Origin: the human T2T-CHM13v2.0 reference genome, Homo sapiens
Length of the DNA stretch: 64,000 nucleotides
Assembly: GCF_009914755.1 (NCBI RefSeq)
Contig: NC_060933.1
Strand: one strand, 5' to 3'
The notes below the pieces were generated by a model. It ran no database searches and had not been told where the DNA came from. It worked only from the letters and a program-made list of their open reading frames with translations. Below are positions 49,456 to 64,000 of this stretch, piece by piece. Both the position numbers and the translations under genes were made by a program. The first letter of the stretch is position 1. The number at the start of each line of letters is the position of its first letter.

Positions 49456-50554
49456 AAGAAGAAAAAAAGGACTGATACATTTTTGGTTGACCCAAAGACT
49501 AAAAGTCCACAGATGGTTGAGTACAGGAAAAAAATTTTTTTCCAAAATTAAAGCAAAGGAACAAATGTTGGAGGAAGAGAGAATTATTTTTAGCTTCCTA
49601 GTCCTGCATGAAACAAAAGATCTGCCACTGGCAACTGGAAAAAGGAGGGGGAACTCAAATGCACAAGGCCATAAATAGTTATATTCCTATTTAAGAAAGG
49701 CAAAAAAGAAGAGTCTCCAGCTCTGTAGCAATATAGCTTTCATGGTCAAGGAAAAACATCTGCCTTACCCATGAATTTTTAATTAAAGCATGTTAAAATT
49801 CTAATTAAAAATAAATTTTATTTCCTCTCTGTATTCAATTAAATTTTTTTTTTAAGTGCCTGTCCCAAAAAGCAGTATTTTCCAGTTGAGAATTTACAGT
49901 GACTGATTTGGAACTGCTAGTAAGCAGTACATACATAACTTCCTACCGTGCATGGCCAACAATTCAGTGTTTTACATACATGAATGTGGTCTAAGTTCAA
50001 ACCAATACAAATATACTTGTGTAACTCTCAGTAATACAGCCTTAATGACATGCTTATTTGCCCTAGATTCTCACGCCCCTTAATCGTATGTATAAAGGAT
50101 CATGTAGTACAGTATCATGGGAGTTTCAAAATAGGAGAGAAAGTAAGATGAGTCCAGCTTTCTTGTTAGTTTGCTATCACTCCCCATCAAAATGAAGGCA
50201 GAAAGAACAATGGCCACAGCAAGGGAAGAGTTTCTCTTGTTAAGTTTCAGTTCTATTAGGTCAGACAATACGAGGTTCACTTAATTAACTGATTCCCACT
50301 TTGGCTTTTCAAGTATTTGGGCATCACTAATTCAAACTAGAACCAAACGACCCAAACTTAAACTGTTCATTCAAAACTCTAGAAAACAAATAGATACACT
50401 ATGATCTTATAAAACAAGAAAACCATGTGCATGTCCCAAACACCACTGCAGTGAAAAACATGTCATTTCCTTTTTAAAAAGAGATGTTTTCCTTACTTTC
50501 GTCCCCCAGATCAAGCTAACAATGATTACTTAAGTCAAATCTTAAAGACTTTAC

Positions 50555-50630
50555 CTTTAATTTCTTATTGATCTTGCAACAATATCTGTAAACCATTGCC
50601 AGATTGAGTGGTCCAAAATCTGCGTAGAAG
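50555..50630 (-). CDS. CDC14B: CDC14B exon 3 ([25 protein letters not shown])
   Basis: tttttaaag|CTTCTAC ... TTAAAG|gtaaag; 76 nt; conserved DFGPLNL motif. Confidence 0.97.
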
Positions 50631-51170
50631 CTTTAAAAATGAAAAATAAAAATGTGATGTACATTCTAGATGCTCTGAATATAAATGCCTTTTTTGGGTC
50701 TACAAGATCAAATTAAGATAAGCAAGCATATACCAAATTGTTATGGGCCAATACAACTTAAAGGTACTGTTTTACTGGTGGAAGACTATTCTGGTAAATA
50801 ATGCCTACTTAAAAATGCCACAAGTGCTATAATGCCTACATGTAACCTCAATGAACATGAACATACCTTCTAAATTAAAAAAGCTGTTTTTCCACACATA
50901 TTTCCAAGGGCAAAACCACAATATCTTACTTAGTACACATTTATATCTCATTGTAGTGTAAATATTAGACTAGCAAATCTAAATGTTTAAATTTAGGGAG
51001 GTTTTTTTTTTTTTGCTCTAAAGGTTTATTTTATTACTACAGGTGAAAAACAAGCATCCTGTAATTAGCAATCAATAGATTTATAATTTTCCCAGGCCAT
51101 CCCATTTATAACCATACCTTTAGATTCTTCAAAAACAAAAAGTTAAAATCTTTTAAAGAGCAATACTTAC

Positions 51171-51261
51171 TTCTCATATTCAAGTTCATTATCTATGCTG
51201 AAATAATGTACATTTGATGCACTCTTTGGTCTGCTGTAGAGAATGGCAAAACAAAGGCGAT
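51171..51261 (-). CDS. CDC14B: CDC14B exon 2 ([30 protein letters not shown])
   Basis: Acceptor tttcag|ATCGCC, donor GAGAA|gtaagt; 91 nt; CDC14 N-terminal DSPn domain. Confidence 0.97.
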
Positions 51262-52299
51262 CTGAAATGGAAAAATTGCAATGTTCCTTCCTGGAGGTTA
51301 CAAAAAACGTTTCATATATCATGACACAACTCTTTTCAGATGAAGTCAATTTTTCATTTTTTTCATGCACGTTTCAGATGGTAGGAGTGGTAATGGGTAA
51401 TTACAAAATATTCTGGCTATTTGGGTGGGAATAATCAATGAGCACATTTTTAAAAGAGAAACTGCCTTTAACCGTAAGTTTCAAAAGTGGTGATTTTTCA
51501 TGTAGTGATATGACTTCTAAACAAACCTATTTTTGTAAAAGTTTAGCTCCCCTGGATCAAGACATTTCAGCAAATTGCAGCATGCATGTGATGGCTAGCA
51601 TCAACCTTGTAAGTTTCTAGATGAATTTCACTACGTTTTTCAAGACATCCTAAAAAGTCATTTCAGTAAGAAACTATTTTTTTCTTAAAGGGAAAGAATG
51701 CTTTCAAAATTGCTTCAAAATTACCGCTTACAGCTATAGAACAAACCATATGTTTCTCCAACTGTTCTTAGGGATCACTACTTTCTAACTTGGAATCACT
51801 ACTTCGGTATTTTTACAATTAGACAAATTACCATTAAAACAGAAGCAATGAGGTTTCTGCATGATGGGTCTGAGATGAACTTGTGTTGCATAAATGCAGT
51901 TAGGCTGCTGTGAGGTTAGCAAGAATGGTAATGAGTAGTAAGGCTCAGGAGGCTCCACCCGCATTCCTTGCCTAAAAATCCTCGGGTGAAATAAAGTCAT
52001 CCACAATATCTAATAGTAATACTAGTGGTGCTAAGAAAATACTTACACTCACAACGTGGCAAAATCAAGCACAGCCTTTAAAATATATATACTTTCAGCA
52101 GAGCCAGCTGGCACCCTTTCCCCAAATGGTAAACTATTTTTTTTTTTTTTTTGATCTGCAATTCAACTCATGCAATTACTGCGTTTATTTCCTTGTAAAC
52201 TCCTCAGCTAAAACTTCTTGCAACCACAAACACTCAAATGGGTGACAGGGCTTAATCCTTTCCAACCACAAGGACCTTTGATCCCTGTGACAGAGCCCA

Positions 52300-53230
52300 A
52301 GGATCTCGCTCCCGCGGGCGGGGAGGTGCAGCTCACCTACTAGGCTCAGGTGCAGGCACGCAAGGGTCACAGCCGCCCATGAGCGCTGTAGCCCAGAGCC
52401 TGGGGACAAGTGCCGAGGCCACCCACACGCAGGAGACAAGGGCGGCCGGGGCCCAGACTAGGGGCACCTCCAAGCCAGCACTGCCCGCCCTGTCCCAGCG
52501 CGGGTGCCGGAGCCCCCAGGGGAAGCCCCCGCCCTCCCGGCTCACCTTTGATCACCTCGGCTACCAAAGCTGCCCCCGCGCCCTCCCGGCTCATGACTCC
52601 AAAGCATCTGGAAGGCGGGGCAGAGGCAAGGACTGCCAGCCGCCGAGAGGGGAGGCGCCGCGACCACACCCCCGAAGTTTAAAAAACAAAGTTTAAAGGG
52701 CCGCGCGGGGCAGCGGGCGCAGCGACACCCCTCGGCGGCCCAACGGCCTGACACGACAGCGCAACCCCGGAAGTCCCCAAGTCCTGGAAAAAGCCCCGCG
52801 CGCGACGAGGCCGTGGGGACGGACAGCACCCCGCCCCACCTCCCGCTTTCTTTCCCCCCGCCTGGCCGCCCGCCTTCCTTCCCCAGCTGGGAACGCGGGG
52901 CGGCCTGTGCCAACCAGGGCTCCTCCAGTGCCCAAACGCTCCGCAGAGGGGACATGCGTCAGAGGCCAGCGGGCCTGCAGAGGGAAGAGTCTGGGAAAGC
53001 TCCTTAGCGATTAAAGGACTTCGAGCAAAAGGGCTCTGCCCCAGGCCAGGGACAGACCCGAGGGTGATGGCAGCCGGGGCAGGGGCCTCCTGGCGCCTCC
53101 CCCGCCGCACTCCTGCTGCCAGGAGGTGCTGCAGCCGCGCCAGGCCCGGGCCCCTGCAGTGCGCCCTCCCGGAGCAGGGCCCAGCCCCTTAGCTCTGCCA
53201 AGACCCGCCAAGTGCCCCCGCAGGGCCGGG
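52300..53230. promoter_or_regulatory. CpG island / internal promoter of CDC14B
   Basis: Sharp GC- and CpG-rich block in an AT-rich intron; GC box CCCCGCCCC 52829-52837, ETS CCGGAAGT 52767-52774; contains the alternative first exon. Confidence 0.88.
52546..52594 (-). CDS. CDC14B: CDC14B alternative first coding exon (MSREGAGAALVAEVIK + G)
   Basis: ATG at 52594 (ggagtcATGagc) within the CpG island. 49 nt to donor AAAG|gtgagc; phase 1 joins exon 2 in frame (G|AT = D, giving DRLCF). Matches the short N-terminus I recall for a CDC14B isoform. Confidence 0.85.
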
Positions 53231-53419
53231 TCTTATGGGAAACGGGCATCTTCAAAATCGTGCAAGATTTCCTGAGATCAGCTGCCTCAGAGAAAACGCT
53301 TTTAATTGTGCAAGATTTAAAGGCAACCCTCTGGTCATGCATTCCTTTAAAGGGACGGTTTGGGATGGTTTAAAAACAAAAATGTTGACACCCTTTTTAA
53401 ACAACCATTTAAAATTATT

Positions 53420-53755
53420 GTAGAGATAGAGAGTAGAAGGATGGTTATCGGAGGCTGGGAAAGGTAGTGTGGGGGTAATGGGCACAAAAAAATAGTACAA
53501 ATAAATAAGACTTATTATTTCACAGCACAATAGGGTGTGGGTGACTACAGTCCACAATAGCTTAATTGTACATTTAAAAATAACTAAAAGAGTACAACCG
53601 GAGTGTCTGTAACATAAAGGATAAATGCTTAAGGGGATGGATACCCCATTCTCCATGATGTGATTATTGTGCATTGCCTGCCTGTATCAAAACATCTCAC
53701 GTACCCCATAAATATATATACCTACTTGTACCCATAAAAACATTAAATAAATTAA
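53420..53755 (+). mobile_element. L1MA 3' end
   Basis: gagagtagaaggatggttatc ... tgcctgtatcaaaacatctcacgtacccc. Confidence 0.85.
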
Positions 53756-54411
53756 AATATATTCTAAACCTATGTTTGTATTTTAATCTCAAGTGAAAAA
53801 AATTGAAATCCCAGCATAAGCATGATCTCAGTTGTTATAGATAAGAAGGTGCTGGGATTGGGGTTCATTTTCATTCCCTCCTGTATTTTCCCAAGTTTTC
53901 TATAGAAAAGTGTTACTTTATACATACTTTTGCCTCAAAAGTAAACCTGCATACCTCCTAATCTTATTCTACAATTCCAGATGGATCAAAGACTTTTTAA
54001 AATACATTTTTTAAACCATGAATTCTTTTTTATACTCTCCAACTGGGGAAGACCTTGCTAAATGATACAAAATCTAAAAGCCATAAACACATTTTTAAGT
54101 AGTTTTCATGGCAAAAGATACATAAACGAAATCAAGAGATAAACTGGAAAAATATGTTAAATTCATTGAGAAGATACCTAACCTCAATTTGTTATCACAA
54201 AAGTAACAGAAATGCAAAGTTCCACTATGAGGTACTATTTTTTCCTCAGACTGGCAAAACTCAAGAGAGTTGGATAAGGTGCTGCAGTGTGTCGGGAGGT
54301 TGAGAGCACTCACATCCGTCACCTGTGGGTGGGAATATAAACTGGGCCACCTCCATGGAGCCAACAAATGGGAAGTTTGGGAGAAATGTTTAAGACTGAA
54401 AACTGAAAACT

Positions 54412-54724
<313 letters not shown>

Positions 54725-55381
54725 CTAAAGATAGCCAAGATGGACTGTTAAGCGCTACCACTTCTATGTGTGAGTTTAAATCCTATATACACATGTATAC
54801 GATTGTGGATGAAATCGTAGGTAGCAAGTCTGTGGAAGCAGCCACAAGAAACGTATCAATGCCTTCATAGTCGGTGTCTAGAAATAGGGAATAAGAGAGA
54901 TTTATGCCTTTTTACAGCTTTTGCATTGTACGATGTATTACCTATTCAAAATTACACTGCTTCTAAAAAGTCAACTTGCAGGCTAACAGTGTTTTTCCAA
55001 AGCCGACTCTTGATCAAGATAGGAAGCATATAATGAGCACAGTATGAGGCAACCTGGAAAATATCCTTCGTATGCATTTAAACAAGGGAACTGGTTAGTA
55101 ACAAGTTTTGGGTTCTACCTATCTCTTGAAATTCCAGTTTCTTTCAAAAAACCCAATTGAAACTAGAAAAGTAGCTAGATGGAAATGGGAAGAAATTTTC
55201 CCTCCCAGCCCAAACCTTAAGTTCAATTCCTTAAGGAGTATTTTATATATTACAGGTCGGGGGAAATCACTGATTTCTGATGTGCAATTATCTCTACATA
55301 ATGCCAATATTTTATTGTTAGAGTAACACATCAATAAAGTACTACAGAGACTATGGTGCTGGGTTGAGGGCCATTTATTAG

Positions 55382-55665
<284 letters not shown>

Positions 55666-56894
55666 GAAACAGGGCTCTTTACAAAGTTTGCTTAAAGCTT
55701 GACGATTAACTTTATAATCCTGTTAAAAATCCATGTATCCCCCCATTGATGTTTCTGTTGTCAGAAACAGAAAGCAGCAGTCATCTTTTTGCCTATACAT
55801 CCCTGTCGCACCACATCATCACTACTTCTTCTTTGAGTAACATGATATAGGAGAAAGAAACAAAATCTCATGATTTAAAAATGTTAATAAAAATATTTAA
55901 AATCCATCCTTGGGCCTAATTTGTCTGTAGGTCTGATTTGACTTTTGGGCCTCCAGGTTGACTACCTCTTCCTTTAGCAAATATCTGTTAAATTTGAAAT
56001 GAAAAACATTTTCCTGGATAACAGCTATAGGTATTTGGGGATAATTAACCATAAAACATAGAAATATGTAGGAGTCGGTGGGAATTATAATACCGTATGT
56101 GCTTGTTAATAGGAAAGATTTGAAGAACCCTATTTGGACCTAGAGACACTTTGTATTTCCCCCTTGAACTGGGTGTATGGCCTTCACAGGTCCTGGCAGA
56201 GCCAATGGAGAAATGGACAGCTTCCCTACAGCTAGGGGAAGTCAACCTCTGCTGAGTTCACCACAGACAGGCAGAAAGGAGATTTTACATGCTAGGGAGC
56301 AGGAGAGAACAGGCTCCACCTGAACAGATTGTCCCTCAGAGACAGGACCATAGACATCAGGCTGTCATCTGTATTAGCCACTTGTTTTTTGAGGGTAGGA
56401 AAGAACACGGGGAGCAGAGGAAGAACTGTTCATCAAAGTACTGATTAACAAAGAAGCGGCAGCAGCATTACCCACTCAAATGACAATGATAACCAACGAT
56501 GATGGAGAGTTTAGTGTCGCGTATTGTATTCAGCTCATTATACCCTGTGAGGTTAGCACTACCAGGGTCAACTAGCTCTAAGGAGGTGGAGTGACTAACC
56601 TGCACAAGGTCACAAAGCTGCTGGGAAGTGGCAGAATTGGGATTTGAACACAGGCTATTGGATCTGAAGCGTAAGATTAAGTCCCAGCCTCAAAGACTTG
56701 CCCAAATATAAATCAACAGTAATTAAAACAATAGGATTTTAGCACAGCAACGTACAATCTGGACCCAGAGATATATGAACACTTACAAGAAAACTGATTA
56801 TTTCAATTCAGTAACAAAGAAGGCCTTATCCAATATACGGCAGGTGTTAACATATATGAAAAGAAAATGAGATGCTAATATCACATATTTATAA

Positions 56895-57252
<358 letters not shown>

Positions 57253-57409
57253 ATAATGAATAATTTTATAATTTAACACACAGAATTTTAAAGTGTGACA
57301 AAAAACAAGTCACAAAGGGAAAAACTAGGAGAGACTTGGGGGAAAAGACCTATAATAAAAGTTAATTATCACAACAGATAAAATGTCTCTCCAAAGCAAT
57401 ATCACAATC

Positions 57410-58321
57410 TGTGATATTATAATTATATACTTATTGGTTTTCATCCACAGTTCCTAGCTCCCAACTCCCATAAGTTTTGTTACAACATCTTGTTATATGC
57501 TGGGCGCTGTGGACCTCAGAAAGCCGGCCTTGGGAAACAGAGTCTCTTTGATGTTTTCCTGCTCTCCTTTCCCCAACCCAAGGCAGGGCTCTAATATGAC
57601 TGTGAGCTGTAAGACCCTCATTCCACAAAGCATCCCACCCCATACCCTGGAGGAAGGAATGCTGCCCAGAGAGGCTGGAAGAATCTGAACAGACAGGCCT
57701 TGCTGGGTGTAGATTATACCCTTTTTGTCCAATCATATTTCAACACACTTGTCCATCCTTCAGTCATGGACAAGCAATGAAATCTCCACTAGAGGCCCAA
57801 AGGACAGGGTTCAGAGGGCTCCTGGAGAGCTGAACCACGGAGGCTGACAGGATGGTGAGTGAGAACTCATCCACATGCCCGGAGGGTGGTGCACCCCAAC
57901 TCCACGGTGTCAGAAGCTCCTGCATTTGGGACCCTTCCAGACCTCACCCTGCGCATCTCTTCCTGTGGCTGTTTATCTGTATCCTTTAAAATAGCCTTCA
58001 TAATAAACTAGTAAGTGAGTTTCCCCGATTCCTCCAGCAAATTAATTGAACCCAAACAGGGGATACCGGGAACCCCAACTTGAAGCCAGTCAGTCAGAAG
58101 TTGCTGAGGCCCGGACTTGTGACTTGTGGGAAGGAGGGGGTGGTCTTGGGGACTGAGCCCTCAACCTGCTATCTCCAGGTAGATGGTGTCAGAATTGAAT
58201 AGGAGGACACCCAACTGGTGTCTGCCACAGAAATCCACACATATTACAGAGGTCTTTTGTGTTGATAATTGCTGTGTTGATGTGACAGCAGAGGAAAAAC
58301 AGTTTGAGTTTTTCCCTAACA
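57410..58321 (+). mobile_element. Solo LTR, MER21-like
   Basis: Begins TGTGATATT, ends CA, internal AATAAA ~58002; imperfect TSD caatc/caacc. Confidence 0.7.
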
Positions 58322-58329
58322 CAACCTAA

Positions 58330-64000
<5,671 letters not shown>

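Noticed and set aside
52185-53342. Many overlapping Gly/Pro/Arg-rich ORFs
   Set aside because: Stop codons are rare in a CpG island; only the 49-nt exon splices into CDC14B

Overview
Primate (very likely human) genomic DNA covering most of CDC14B, the dual-specificity proline-directed phosphatase, on the minus strand. I traced 11 internal coding exons (numbered 2-12 by reference to the canonical protein; 1183 nt in total, all GT-AG, frame continuous). They include the FADGS general-acid loop and the HCKAGLGR catalytic motif. Two further exons lie inside the window. One is an alternative first coding exon in a CpG island at ~52.5-52.7 kb (MSREGAGAALVAEVIK). The other is an alternative terminal exon starting at 1570 that encodes a hydrophobic C-terminal tail and has its own poly(A) signal; the ORF track misses it. 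The canonical first exon and last exons are not in the window. The rest is intron packed with roughly 55 Alu elements plus L1, MaLR/ERVL LTR and MER fragments, and almost all ORF-track entries are Alu-derived or spurious. I found no new system of the prokaryotic kind. The best leads are isoform-level: a possible tail-anchored phosphatase isoform, a candidate protein-coding exon 2-12 circRNA, two candidate poison exons, and a CDE/CHR-like internal promoter. Repeat subfamily names are from memory and repeat boundaries are approximate.
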